Shown: positions 43,531 through 53,225 of the stretch, one piece after another
How positions within the stretch are numbered: position 1 is the stretch's first letter
How the letters are laid out: each line of letters opens with the position of its first letter
Assembly: GCA_023380935.1 (NCBI GenBank)
Contig: JAMCST010000009.1
Location: forward strand, 27,760-91,759
DNA from: Patescibacteria group bacterium
Lineage (GTDB): Bacteria; Patescibacteriota; Microgenomatia; UBA1406; GWC2-37-13
Direction: 5' to 3'
DNA: 64,000 nucleotides
Position numbers and translations under genes: made by a program
The notes under the pieces: model-generated
What the model saw: the letters and a program-made list of their open reading frames with translations, nothing else
The model's database searches: none
What the model was told of the DNA's origin: nothing

Positions 43531-45841
43531 CGAAACCAGTTGAATTATTAACCGCCTTCTTCCTTTTTAAGAAAATGTAGATTAGGTATCCACCACAGCC
43601 AAACAGGTTGATACCAACGGTAAGCGCGCCGATATCAAACAACCGCTGCGGCCAGTACTCGATGACAAACCGCATTTGATAGCGGCCGTCGCTGTTTTTC
43701 TGGCAAAAAGCGGTTCGGTCGCAAATATTCTTCGGGTTGATTAACCAAGCATTAGCGTAACCGTTAACAAGAAAATGGTTTGCGTTTGGCAGAGGATAGA
43801 CGTTTTTGTTTAGCGTTGGTAGCCACGTTTCATAAATATGATTATTTGGCTGATGCAGTGCGTACATTTTCCAGTATTGATTAAAAGATTCGTCAAAGAC
43901 GAGAACGAAGTTGTCTTGTATTTGTCGGATACTTACTTGGTATTTGGTGGGGCTGATTTTTGTAAACTCTACCACGGGTGGTCGGTTGGGCGTTTCGACT
44001 ACCGGTTGCAGTGTTTTGGTATTGTCAGCGAAAAAAACCGCCGAACCAATTTGATAGTCCGGTCGCGACACGACGCGTGTCAACTGATCCATGGCATCGG
44101 GGTCGTTTATTGAGCTGTCGATGTGGATAACGGCTTGTGCGGAATAGATCTGTGGTAGGTGTAGTTCATTTTTCACTTGGTATAAAAATAGTTTGGTTCC
44201 AAACCGTTCTGTTAAATTACCGGCCAAAACGTTTTTTAGGAGCGAGTCGTACGAACGCAGCGCGTCGCTATAAAGATCGGGTTCTCGAGCGATGTCGTTT
44301 TGAACGAGAAGATAATCGATGGTGGTTATTTTGTAGAAGTTCGGATTGTTTTTATTGATGAAATATCCAAGCATTGAGCCGAATTGGTTATTCTGAATAT
44401 TATATAACACCGGGGCATAACCGAATAGTCGTGCCAAAGGATGGTCGATGTTGCCAAGGTTATCGTTGTACCATTGGCGTTTAAAATAACTGATAGGGAT
44501 GCTTAAAATCTTTTGATCCTGGTGAGTTTCCGACCAGCGCCCGTATTGTCGCCAGTAATCAGGCAGTTTCATTAAAGGATTATTCCAGCGGGACGAGGAG
44601 TTATTGATGAGTCTTGTCGAGAAAAAAGGCGCCGCTTTGATTAAAACCAAACCAAGGCACAGCAAGATCAGGAAGCGTCCGTATCTTTTTTTATCCTCTA
44701 AGCTGAAAATTAATAACGCCGTTAGTGCAAACATCACTAAAGGAGTAAATCTTGCCCAAGGTTCGCGGAAAATGTAAAAAAAGGGCAGGTGGTCAAATAA
44801 CCAAAGATAGATCGGCGGGTAAAACGAAGTGCCGCTGGCTAAAAAAATGCTTCCCAAAAAAACCGTCAACCAAAATAAGTGGTCCACTCGCGGTTTTTTT
44901 TTGAAAAACAAAGACAGCGATATAATTACCAGACCGAAAGAACAGACGATAATCAATGGATGATTATAAAACCAAAGCCAGGGGTTGTAGGAGATGTTGC
45001 CATAGTTGACAAATTCCCACCAAGACCCGCGGAATTGGAAAAGAAGATGAAGGTCCGACTGTAGTTGTAAATGGATGTTTTTGAGTTTGGCGTAGCCGTC
45101 GTTGAAGACAAGAGAAAAATAGACAATGAGCGCATTATAAAGAAAAAGAGGCAGGGTCAATCCAAAGAACAGTCCTAGTTTTAACCACCAGCGTCGGACA
45201 AAATCCAGACAGTTGGGTTTGTTTTTAAGGAAAAAATAGGCCAACGCCAGTGGGTAGGCCAACAGGGTAACCACCAGGGTCGGAAGGTTGGAAAAAATAG
45301 ACTGCAGCCAAAACAGACTAAAGAAATTAAGGGCGGCATAAAGGTAATCTTCGCTCTCAAGGTAACGATAAAGGTAGGTGAAAAATAACGGCAGCAAGAT
45401 TAATTGGGGCATTTTGGCGGAATAAAAAATGGTCGACCAAACGTAGAAATTAAAATAATAAAAAAGCACACCGACCAAGATAATCGGTTTATTATCGGTG
45501 AACAATTTTAGAAAATAAGCAAGTGCGGTAAAGGTAAGAAAAATCATTAAGGACAGATAGATTTTCTGGATGACGTCATTTGGGACGTTGAGTTGGGCAA
45601 AAAGATAGTAAAATACGCCATTGGGAATGACGGTTGACTGATCGGCTGGAGTCACCGGTTGTCCGTTGTTGACCGGAGGCGCCCAAGAGTAAAGATTGCG
45701 GTAAACCACGTTCTGAAAATTGGCAAAGTTGTCTTCTTCGGAAATATAGAGGTAACCTTTCGGAAGCCAGATCAATGGTAGAACAAACGCCAGTACCAAA
45801 AACACGCCGTAAAGCCAATATTTCTTTATTGTCTTTACCAT
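43523..45841 (-). CDS. Large polytopic membrane protein, GT-C-like (AftD/DUF3367- or YfhO-like) with C-terminal extracytoplasmic domain
   Basis: 772 aa. It has more than 10 hydrophobic helices in the first 400 aa (ISEEDNFANF in the first loop), a long soluble region and a final C-terminal TM helix. The family assignment is by architecture only. Confidence 0.45.
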   Translation of the reverse strand: MVKTIKKYWLYGVFLVLAFVLPLIWLPKGYLYISEEDNFANFQNVVYRNLYSWAPPVNNGQPVTPADQSTVIPNGVFYYLFAQLNVPNDVIQKIYLSLMIFLTFTALAYFLKLFTDNKPIILVGVLFYYFNFYVWSTIFYSAKMPQLILLPLFFTYLYRYLESEDYLYAALNFFSLFWLQSIFSNLPTLVVTLLAYPLALAYFFLKNKPNCLDFVRRWWLKLGLFFGLTLPLFLYNALIVYFSLVFNDGYAKLKNIHLQLQSDLHLLFQFRGSWWEFVNYGNISYNPWLWFYNHPLIIVCSFGLVIISLSLFFKKKPRVDHLFWLTVFLGSIFLASGTSFYPPIYLWLFDHLPFFYIFREPWARFTPLVMFALTALLIFSLEDKKRYGRFLILLCLGLVLIKAAPFFSTRLINNSSSRWNNPLMKLPDYWRQYGRWSETHQDQKILSIPISYFKRQWYNDNLGNIDHPLARLFGYAPVLYNIQNNQFGSMLGYFINKNNPNFYKITTIDYLLVQNDIAREPDLYSDALRSYDSLLKNVLAGNLTERFGTKLFLYQVKNELHLPQIYSAQAVIHIDSSINDPDAMDQLTRVVSRPDYQIGSAVFFADNTKTLQPVVETPNRPPVVEFTKISPTKYQVSIRQIQDNFVLVFDESFNQYWKMYALHQPNNHIYETWLPTLNKNVYPLPNANHFLVNGYANAWLINPKNICDRTAFCQKNSDGRYQMRFVIEYWPQRLFDIGALTVGINLFGCGGYLIYIFLKRKKAVNNSTGFDG

Positions 45842-45846
45842 ATTCG

Positions 45847-46944
45847 CTAAAAAATGTTTCGGAAAAACCTAAACTGCCTATCGTACAAAGTATGATATTC
45901 GTAAACGTCAACGAGTTTGTCGACGCCGGCGAGAAAAAAATCATAGCGATCTTGAATCCGTCCGATCGCCCGTCCTAGGGAGGAGGAATCATAGTCAATA
46001 CAGATACCCCCGTGATAATGCCGTAGCTCGTCGGCCATATAAGTAATTTTGGTCATAATTACCGGTAATCTATACTCTAAATAGAATTTTACCTTACTCG
46101 GATCAGTATAGTAAGTCATATTAAGAGGGCTAGGGTCATAGGGCGCTAGTCCGATTTGCCATCTTTTGACGATGTTGGTAATGATGTTTTCTTCCTGAAC
46201 CAGCCCGTAAAATTTGATGTGACGTTCGAGTTTCAGTGCGGTAACAGTTGCCTTAAGATTAGATAACGCTGGTCCTTCGCCGATAATTTCCAGTTTCAGG
46301 CGAGGATTCTGTTGCAAGACGGTGAAGACCATTTCTAGTCCTTGACCGTTTCTCAGTACGCCGACATAGCCCATCAGGTTGTGTATCGGTTTTTTGACGA
46401 CTGGTTTTTTTACCACGCCATGGATCCAATAATCGCGATTACCGGCTACCTTCGGTTTACCGGTCCTCAGAATTGACTCTAGCAGTGGGCTGGCGTAAAC
46501 AACGTATTTTAGTCGCTGATTGTAGTGGTGGACCAGGGTCTGATATAACTTCATCAGTCCCTGGGAGTGCGGATAATAGTCGCCGATATGGTAGACGATC
46601 CTGACGGATTTTATCTTGGCAAAGATACTGTTCATAAAACAAAATAACGGTATCGTGGCAAATACGATGGTGCGGCGGGGCAGAATACCTATGACAATCA
46701 GCGCATAGTAAATGTAGAAAAACACATAGCGGAGAATCCGGTTAGAGCCCTTGTAGAAGTGGTATTTTTTTTCGCTGATTTTCTCACCATTGTGATAATG
46801 CAGCAATCTGACTTCGGGCGGTTGGGTGGAGAGCGGCATAATATACAGATATAGGTTGTTAGAATTTTCAATAAAGTATTGATTAAAATGTCCGGTGTGA
46901 AGGGTTGACGGAATCGCAAACAACAGAATATTGGTATATTTCAT
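45847..46944 (-). CDS. GT-B fold glycosyltransferase (GT4-like)
   Basis: 365 aa. The C-terminal half carries MGYVGVLRNGQGLEMVF...LKLEIIGEGP...IKFYGLV, typical of Glycos_transf_1. Confidence 0.7.
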   Translation of the reverse strand: MKYTNILLFAIPSTLHTGHFNQYFIENSNNLYLYIMPLSTQPPEVRLLHYHNGEKISEKKYHFYKGSNRILRYVFFYIYYALIVIGILPRRTIVFATIPLFCFMNSIFAKIKSVRIVYHIGDYYPHSQGLMKLYQTLVHHYNQRLKYVVYASPLLESILRTGKPKVAGNRDYWIHGVVKKPVVKKPIHNLMGYVGVLRNGQGLEMVFTVLQQNPRLKLEIIGEGPALSNLKATVTALKLERHIKFYGLVQEENIITNIVKRWQIGLAPYDPSPLNMTYYTDPSKVKFYLEYRLPVIMTKITYMADELRHYHGGICIDYDSSSLGRAIGRIQDRYDFFLAGVDKLVDVYEYHTLYDRQFRFFRNIF

Positions 46945-48185
46945 AGCTCTGTTTTGGTGTTTTGCTTAAGTTCTTCCCAAATTTCCGTAAAACGATTTCG
47001 GTAATCGTATGCCTTGGCAAAACATAGAACGCCTTTCTGTAAGGTAGCATAAAGCCGTTGGTTGGTCAGTACTTCGGTAATCGTACGAGCAACGCTGGCG
47101 ATATTAAAGTCAGAGGCGACGCCGGCGCAGTAGCGGACAATCTCCCGGCCGATTTCCGGTCCGTGGTTGGAAAGTAGAACGGGTATCCCTACGCCGATAT
47201 AATCCTTAGGTTTGCCGGGTTGGGTGTACATTGAAACATTGTCCTTAACCGGCTTGTAAAGGGCCATGCCTAAGGCGGCACGAGACATGAGAGCAAGGGC
47301 TTTGTCCGTTTCAGAAACATAGCCGTAATAAGTGATATGGTTGATTACCCGGTGTTTAATGGCAAGCCGTCGGTATGTTTCAAATGCCATTTCGTTTCCG
47401 CCGATGATTAATAGATGGATATCGACAATCGCCTCCTTGATTTTATTGAGTGCGGGAATGATAATTTCCAGACCGACGTAGTTATCGACCCGGCCGATAT
47501 AGCATAGGGTGTTCATTTTTTTCTTGTACCGGGAGTATTTTAATGTTTGGTTATAGTCCACGAGAATGGGGTCATTGATGATTTTTTTCTTTGGTCTTAG
47601 TCCTTTGGCGGCGTCATAGGAGGCGATTTTTTTACTGGCAAACCAAATCAGGTCGTTCTTGTACCCGATTCGTCTTAAACCAGACTGGATGTTAATTAAT
47701 AAGTTATCAACGAACTTGGACAAAGGATGGCGCTGTTTATGATTTGGTAAAAAAAAACTGCTATTGGACCAGGCCGGATCGGGAATAATGTCGCCATTGA
47801 AAAAAACGGAGAACCGGGCCAACCCAAGTTTCTTTATAATGAAAGCAATACAACTGCCAAAATTTGTTTCCCCAATGGCTAGAGCGAACCTTTTCCGCTT
47901 AAGCTTGGTTAGGAGGATAAAACAGAGAATAAAGTTAATGAAGTACTGTACCAGAAAAACCAAAAAGAACGGAAAAGGAAATGGTAAATTCAAGCTTATA
48001 GCATGGATTTGGCCGTTTTCGTCTTTGACGAAGGCATCGATCTTCATCCGGTTTTCTATTAGGCGGATGGCTGGGAGCTTTATAATCGTAAGCAACGCCG
48101 TGCGGTTTTCCTTCAGATATTTTTCAAAGTAATTTAATGGCGGCGTCCCGTAAGAGTTGACAATATACAGGATGGTTTTCGTCAT
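46941..48185 (-). CDS. GT-B fold glycosyltransferase (GT4-like)
   Basis: 414 aa. Contains LCYIGRVDNYVGLEIIIPAL...HLLIIGGNE...ITYYGYV and GKPKDYIGVGIPVL. It has an ATGA overlap with the downstream gene. Confidence 0.7.
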   Translation of the reverse strand: MTKTILYIVNSYGTPPLNYFEKYLKENRTALLTIIKLPAIRLIENRMKIDAFVKDENGQIHAISLNLPFPFPFFLVFLVQYFINFILCFILLTKLKRKRFALAIGETNFGSCIAFIIKKLGLARFSVFFNGDIIPDPAWSNSSFFLPNHKQRHPLSKFVDNLLINIQSGLRRIGYKNDLIWFASKKIASYDAAKGLRPKKKIINDPILVDYNQTLKYSRYKKKMNTLCYIGRVDNYVGLEIIIPALNKIKEAIVDIHLLIIGGNEMAFETYRRLAIKHRVINHITYYGYVSETDKALALMSRAALGMALYKPVKDNVSMYTQPGKPKDYIGVGIPVLLSNHGPEIGREIVRYCAGVASDFNIASVARTITEVLTNQRLYATLQKGVLCFAKAYDYRNRFTEIWEELKQNTKTEL

Positions 48186-49108
48186 AGACTTTGCAGGTAA
48201 TAGCGGTAGGTTTTTTTTAGTCCTTCTGCGAGTTTTACTTTGGGTTTGAATCCTAGGGCTTTTATTTTGGATGAGTCCAAAATCCGCTTCATCATACCGT
48301 CTGGTTTACTGGTATCGAAAGCAATTTTTCCTTGGTAGCCAACAATGGTTTTGGTCAGGTTTGCCAGGTCCTTAACTTTGACGCTTTCTTCGGAGCCGAT
48401 GTTAATAACTTCTTTTTTATCGTATTGTTGCATCAATAAAACAATTGCTGCGGCCAGATCGTCGACGTACATAAACTCCCGTTCCGCCATACCGGTTCCC
48501 CACAGGGTAACGGTTGGCTGCCGGTTAAGCTTGGCTTGGTGGAATTTCTTAATCAGGGCAGGGATAACGTGTGACCGGCTTTCTTCGAAATGATCCCCTA
48601 CTCCGTAGGTGTTGGCCGGGATGCACGAAATAAATTTTCGGCCGTATTCACTATAGATTTTTTCGCACAGTTTTACTCCGACAATTTTAGCAAGGGCAAA
48701 TCCCTCGTTAGTTGGTTCGGGAACTCCGGTCAACAGATAATCTTCCCGGATCGGTTGCTTGGATCGAGTCGGGTAAGCGCAGCCGCACGATAGGTAAAGC
48801 AGTTTTTTTACCCCATGTTTTAGGGACGAGACAATTAAATTATTCTGGATGGCAAGGTTTTCGTACATAAACTCAAATGGGTAAGTGACGTTGGCTTTTA
48901 TGCCGCCGATTTTAGCGGCAGCAACAATCACGTATTCCGGTTTTTTCTTGGCAAAAAACCGTTCTACCTGGTGCTGATCGGTTAGTTCCAGTTCTTGGTG
49001 AGTGCGGTACAGCAAGTTAGTAAAATCCCGCTGATGGAGGTGGCGGAGAATGGCGGAACCGACCAATCCGGTATGACCAGCAAGATATATACTTGATTTT
49101 CTATTCAT
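48182..49108 (-). CDS. fcl: GDP-L-fucose synthase family epimerase/reductase (Fcl; alternatively ColC-type GDP-L-colitose synthase)
   Basis: 308 aa. Contains IYLAGHTGLVGSAI, VIVAAAKIGGIKAN, LLYLSCGCAYP and PTNEGFALAKI. Confidence 0.8.
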   Translation of the reverse strand: MNRKSSIYLAGHTGLVGSAILRHLHQRDFTNLLYRTHQELELTDQHQVERFFAKKKPEYVIVAAAKIGGIKANVTYPFEFMYENLAIQNNLIVSSLKHGVKKLLYLSCGCAYPTRSKQPIREDYLLTGVPEPTNEGFALAKIVGVKLCEKIYSEYGRKFISCIPANTYGVGDHFEESRSHVIPALIKKFHQAKLNRQPTVTLWGTGMAEREFMYVDDLAAAIVLLMQQYDKKEVINIGSEESVKVKDLANLTKTIVGYQGKIAFDTSKPDGMMKRILDSSKIKALGFKPKVKLAEGLKKTYRYYLQSL

Positions 49109-50283
49109 AAATCTGCAAAAAATTCCCTCAGCAGAGAATCAAGATAGTCTAATCTTTTTTTGTCGACAAACTGGTTGTTGCCGATGTAAAAACCGTTGTT
49201 ATGGATAAAGTCCGCGTTTTTAAACTCACCGGCATGGAGATATTTCCTTAAAAACGGCTGCTTCAACAGATTGCCGCTGATGATCGGTCTTGATTCCACA
49301 CCGTGTTGGTGAAGAAAAACCTGCAACGGTCGCCTCAGAGCAGCGTCTTTCAGAAGGAAAGGCAGGCAAAACGAAGAGACGCCGCGTTTGTGAGGAATAA
49401 AGAAGTGGCGGCGGTATTTATTTAAAATCCGGTTGAATGTAATATGATTAGCGTTCCTTTGCTCTATGAAATGATCGATTTTGTTAAGTTGGGTTAGTCC
49501 CAGCACTGCACTTAATTCGGTGTTGCGGACGTTAAAACCGGTAGTCAGGAACAAAAAGCTGAAGTCAATGTGCGGATATTTTTTTTGGTAATAGGCGTGA
49601 TAACGTTTAGGCAGTTCCCGGGCCAGACCATGGGAGCGTTTCAATAATGCATAGTGATAGATTTTAGGATTATTGGTGCAGACCATTCCACCTTCGACCG
49701 TGGTCATATGGTGACCCCAGTAAAAGCTAAACGAACTGACCAGGCCGAAATTTCCGACCTTTTTGCCGTCGATGGTGGCACCGTGAGATTCGCAACAGTC
49801 TTCAATAAGCGCGATTTTTCTTTTTCCGATCAGGTGTTTGATTTGATTGATTTCGGCTGGAAAACCGATTAAATGGGAAAGAAAGATGGCTCTAGTTTTG
49901 TTAGTTATCTTTCCGGCTAAGGAGCGATAATCGAAGGAGAAATCTTCCAGGTTAATGTCGACGAAAACCGGCTTCAATCCGAACTGGAGGACCGAGGAAA
50001 TATCGGTGATCCACGTGACTGTCGGAACGATTACCTCGTCTCCAGGACGCCAACGATAAACATCTCTTAACAAGTCCAATATAATCAGGTTAGCTGAACT
50101 GCCTGAATTTACGAATACGCTGTATTTACATCCTTGCCATTTCGACCAGGCGGTTTCCAGCTCTTTAACTTTCGTGAACTGGGTGTATCTGTCCGTGGTT
50201 TTAATGAAGTCGACTAGGGTTTTGGTTTCCCCATGATTGATAACGTTTTCCTGAAGTTTCCAAACAATTGGTTTAGTTTTCAT
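49105..50283 (-). CDS. DegT/DnrJ/EryC1 fold sugar 3-dehydratase-like enzyme (ColD/RfbH(E1)-like)
   Basis: 392 aa. It has SGSSANL and EDCCESHG. The PLP-lysine position reads SFSFYWGHHMTTVEGG, that is His-His (codons at 49708-49713) instead of Lys, as in ColD and E1. Confidence 0.7.
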   Translation of the reverse strand: MKTKPIVWKLQENVINHGETKTLVDFIKTTDRYTQFTKVKELETAWSKWQGCKYSVFVNSGSSANLIILDLLRDVYRWRPGDEVIVPTVTWITDISSVLQFGLKPVFVDINLEDFSFDYRSLAGKITNKTRAIFLSHLIGFPAEINQIKHLIGKRKIALIEDCCESHGATIDGKKVGNFGLVSSFSFYWGHHMTTVEGGMVCTNNPKIYHYALLKRSHGLARELPKRYHAYYQKKYPHIDFSFLFLTTGFNVRNTELSAVLGLTQLNKIDHFIEQRNANHITFNRILNKYRRHFFIPHKRGVSSFCLPFLLKDAALRRPLQVFLHQHGVESRPIISGNLLKQPFLRKYLHAGEFKNADFIHNNGFYIGNNQFVDKKRLDYLDSLLREFFADL

Positions 50284-50291
50284 AGGTGTGA

Positions 50292-51347
50292 TTAAAATGG
50301 ACCTTTGAATTTATTTTCATAACTATAAAAGGTTTCGCCGGACAGGTTGGTTTTTGGCAACTTCAATTTTTGCTCAACCAATTTTATAATACTGATGGCA
50401 TTTGGGTAAAATGCGTCTTCGAGACTGCGGGCGGTAGGAGTCGGGGTCGGCGCAAATCCGATTCGGCTCACTGGTGACTTCAGCTCGGAAAAGCACTTTT
50501 CCGTTACTCGGGCGACCACTTCGGCAGCAAATCCGCAATAAAGCCAGTCGTAATCGGTAACGATCAGATGGCCGGTTTTTCTGACCGATTGGTAGATTAA
50601 ATCATAATTGAGTGGACTAATACTGCGTGAGTCGATAATTTCCATACTGACTCCCTGTTTTTTTTGCATGATATCTGCTGCTTGTAATGCTTCGATATTC
50701 ATCCATGACGTGGCGACGATCGTTAGGTCTTTTCCCTGACGTAAGCGGTGCGGTTCACCGATGGGAATGGCGAAGTTTTCGTCTTCGGGGACAATGCCAA
50801 TCGTATCGTATAGCCACCGGTGTTCCAGAACGATAACAGGGTTAGCGTCGCGGATTGCACTAACCAGCAATCCTTTCGCGTCTGCCGGCTGAGTGGGCAT
50901 CACTACCTTAATCCCAGGCAAATGAGCCAGTAGCGCATGGATACTTTTGCTGTGTTGGGCTCCCTGTCCCCAACCTCGCCCCATAATTGCCCGGATCACA
51001 AGAGGAATTTTTACCCTACCTCCGCTTAGGTAGCGGTAACTAGAAATAACGTTGGCGATCTGGTTTAGGCAAAGAAAGAGAAAGTCGGTACGGATATGGA
51101 CAAAAATCGGTTTTAAACCGGTTAGTGCTGCTCCGACGCCTACTCCGGTCATGGCGTCTTCTGAAAGCGGCGTAGCAAAACAGCGTTTCGGCCCGAACTC
51201 TTCCAATAAACCCTTAGTACTGCCAAAAATTCTTTTATGGTCAGTGACGTCCAGACCGTAGAGAAACACGTTTTTGTCTCGGCGCATTTCTTGCGCTATG
51301 GCCAAGTTAATCGCTTCTCTGTATGTGATGGTGTGTTTTTTATTCAT
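50292..51347 (-). CDS. Thiamine-diphosphate-dependent E1 component, beta subunit-like (transketolase pyrimidine-binding and C-terminal domains)
   Basis: Contains ITYREAINLAIAQEMRRDKNVFLYG, PLSEDAMTGVGVGAALTGLKP and HSKS. The start is set at MNKKHT (51347), overlapping the alpha-subunit stop. Confidence 0.85.
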   Translation of the reverse strand: MNKKHTITYREAINLAIAQEMRRDKNVFLYGLDVTDHKRIFGSTKGLLEEFGPKRCFATPLSEDAMTGVGVGAALTGLKPIFVHIRTDFLFLCLNQIANVISSYRYLSGGRVKIPLVIRAIMGRGWGQGAQHSKSIHALLAHLPGIKVVMPTQPADAKGLLVSAIRDANPVIVLEHRWLYDTIGIVPEDENFAIPIGEPHRLRQGKDLTIVATSWMNIEALQAADIMQKKQGVSMEIIDSRSISPLNYDLIYQSVRKTGHLIVTDYDWLYCGFAAEVVARVTEKCFSELKSPVSRIGFAPTPTPTARSLEDAFYPNAISIIKLVEQKLKLPKTNLSGETFYSYENKFKGPF

Positions 51348-52299
51348 AGTAAACGTCGCTGCGCAACTCATTAGGATTAGCCGGCGGTGCTTGTTTCGCC
51401 GACCGGACGCTCGCCTCTATTCTATTGAGTATGCCGGCCTCAATCTTTATCAGCTCCTTATCTTTTAGGCCAAATCGTAGTAATTTTTTTCTCTGAAGAC
51501 CGACAGGATCAATTTTCCACCATTTTTGGTATTCTTTTTTATCTCGGTGACCGAATTCGAAGTCATAATTAACGCCAACGTGTTCAAGATATCGGTAGTA
51601 TTGCAAATGGATAAAAACTGGTTTTGCGGATCGCGCTTGGAGTCTGAGGGCGTTTTTGGTGAGGTGATAGATCGCTTCCGCATCGGTTGTATCGCTTTGG
51701 AAGACGGGACAGTCAAATCGGGAGACGATCCCGGCCAGCGACCGGTAACCGTGTCTGGTGCTGACGTGTGAATTGATGGCATATTGGTTGTTTTCGTAGA
51801 CAAAGATGATCGGCAACTGCCTGAGGCAGGCAAAGTTTAGACTTTCCCAGAACACGCCTTCGTCAACTGCCCCGTCGCCGAAAAAGACCGCCACCGAGCG
51901 TTTATTGTTTTTATATTGGTTAGTCAACGCCGCGCCGACGGCAACCGGAATCATGCTGGCAACGATTGCTGAAGTTCCCAACAGATTCTCGTCAGGCGAC
52001 ATGATATGCATCGATCCGGCCTTACCTTTGGAAAGACCGGTTTGTTTGCCATACAGCTCGGCGAAAAACCGGTCGGTTTCGTTTGTCATTGCCAGATATA
52101 CGCCGTGATTCCTGTAGGTGGCAAACACTTGATCGGTCGGACCCAATGCATAACAGACGCCTGCGGCAATCGCCTCTTCGCCCATCGCCAGATGGACCGG
52201 TGTTTTAATTTCATTATCCGGGTAACATTGCCGGATTTTTTCTTCTGTTGCTCTGATCAGATACATTTTTTTATACAGTTCTAGGTTCGCGTCTTTCAT
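51340..52299 (-). CDS. Thiamine-diphosphate-dependent E1 component, alpha subunit-like
   Basis: 319 aa. Contains LYKKMYLIRATEEKI and the TPP-binding motif FFGDGAVDEGVFWESLNFACLRQLPIIFVYENNQYAI. Confidence 0.85.
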   Translation of the reverse strand: MKDANLELYKKMYLIRATEEKIRQCYPDNEIKTPVHLAMGEEAIAAGVCYALGPTDQVFATYRNHGVYLAMTNETDRFFAELYGKQTGLSKGKAGSMHIMSPDENLLGTSAIVASMIPVAVGAALTNQYKNNKRSVAVFFGDGAVDEGVFWESLNFACLRQLPIIFVYENNQYAINSHVSTRHGYRSLAGIVSRFDCPVFQSDTTDAEAIYHLTKNALRLQARSAKPVFIHLQYYRYLEHVGVNYDFEFGHRDKKEYQKWWKIDPVGLQRKKLLRFGLKDKELIKIEAGILNRIEASVRSAKQAPPANPNELRSDVYYE

Positions 52300-52307
52300 G
52301 GCTTCGG

Positions 52308-53225
52308 TTAAGTTATTTTATCTATTATAACGGGATAGATCGTCTCGGCAGAAAGATGGTGTTTTTTTCTTAGGTAGTTTTGGTCGCCGATTTCCTTAAG
52401 GTAAAGATCGTTAACACCAAATCTTTTGAAAACAAGGTTGCGCTTTGATGACTCACTGACAATTTCAGCCACCGCGCTTCCCAACCCTCCGATAAGGCTG
52501 GCTTCTTCAATCGTAAAAATAGCCCGCCTGGTCCGAATTTTCTTCAATATCAGGTTTTTGTCGATCGGTTTTACCGTATGGAGATTAATCAGTTCGGTGC
52601 TAATGCCGGCATCGGTTAGCATTTGGACGAGCTTTTGCGCTTCCTCGAGAATGGTTCCGGTGCTGAAGATCACGATGTCCGTTCCTTTATTAATGATTTT
52701 TCCTTTGCCAAAACTAACGGTATAACTTGTGGCGGGCATCGGTTCTTTCCCCCTGCCGATTCTTACGTATGTCGGTCCCTTTATCTTCATCAACTGTTTG
52801 ATGATTTGTTCCGTTTCTGGGGCATTGGCCGGACAAACTACTTTCATGTTTGGTAAGGCGCGCATTACGGCAACGTCCTCGATTGAGCAATGGGTATTAC
52901 CATAGGGGCCATAGATTAATCCGCCACCAACACCGATTAAGGTAACGTCAAGATTCTGGTAGCAGACGTCGTTTTTAATTTGCTCAAGACATCGCAGGGT
53001 GACGAAAGGCACAATCGAGTAAGCGAATATTTTCTTTCCGGTTAACGCTAAACCGGCCGCAATTCCGACCATATTCTGTTCGGCGATGCCGACGTTATGA
53101 TATTGGTGCGGAATCTTCTCTGCGAACTCTTTTTCTCCAAAATGCCCGAGATCTCCGGTCAAAAAATAGACATTCTTGTTTTTCAAGGCGTTTTCGTAAA
53201 TGGTTTTTATCGCGGCAAATCTCAT
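52308..53225 (-). CDS. Transketolase, C-terminal (pyrimidine-binding) subunit
   Basis: 305 aa. Contains NVGIAEQNMVGIAAGLALTGK and GPYGNTHCSIEDVAVMRALPNM. Confidence 0.88.
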   Translation of the reverse strand: MRFAAIKTIYENALKNKNVYFLTGDLGHFGEKEFAEKIPHQYHNVGIAEQNMVGIAAGLALTGKKIFAYSIVPFVTLRCLEQIKNDVCYQNLDVTLIGVGGGLIYGPYGNTHCSIEDVAVMRALPNMKVVCPANAPETEQIIKQLMKIKGPTYVRIGRGKEPMPATSYTVSFGKGKIINKGTDIVIFSTGTILEEAQKLVQMLTDAGISTELINLHTVKPIDKNLILKKIRTRRAIFTIEEASLIGGLGSAVAEIVSESSKRNLVFKRFGVNDLYLKEIGDQNYLRKKHHLSAETIYPVIIDKIT

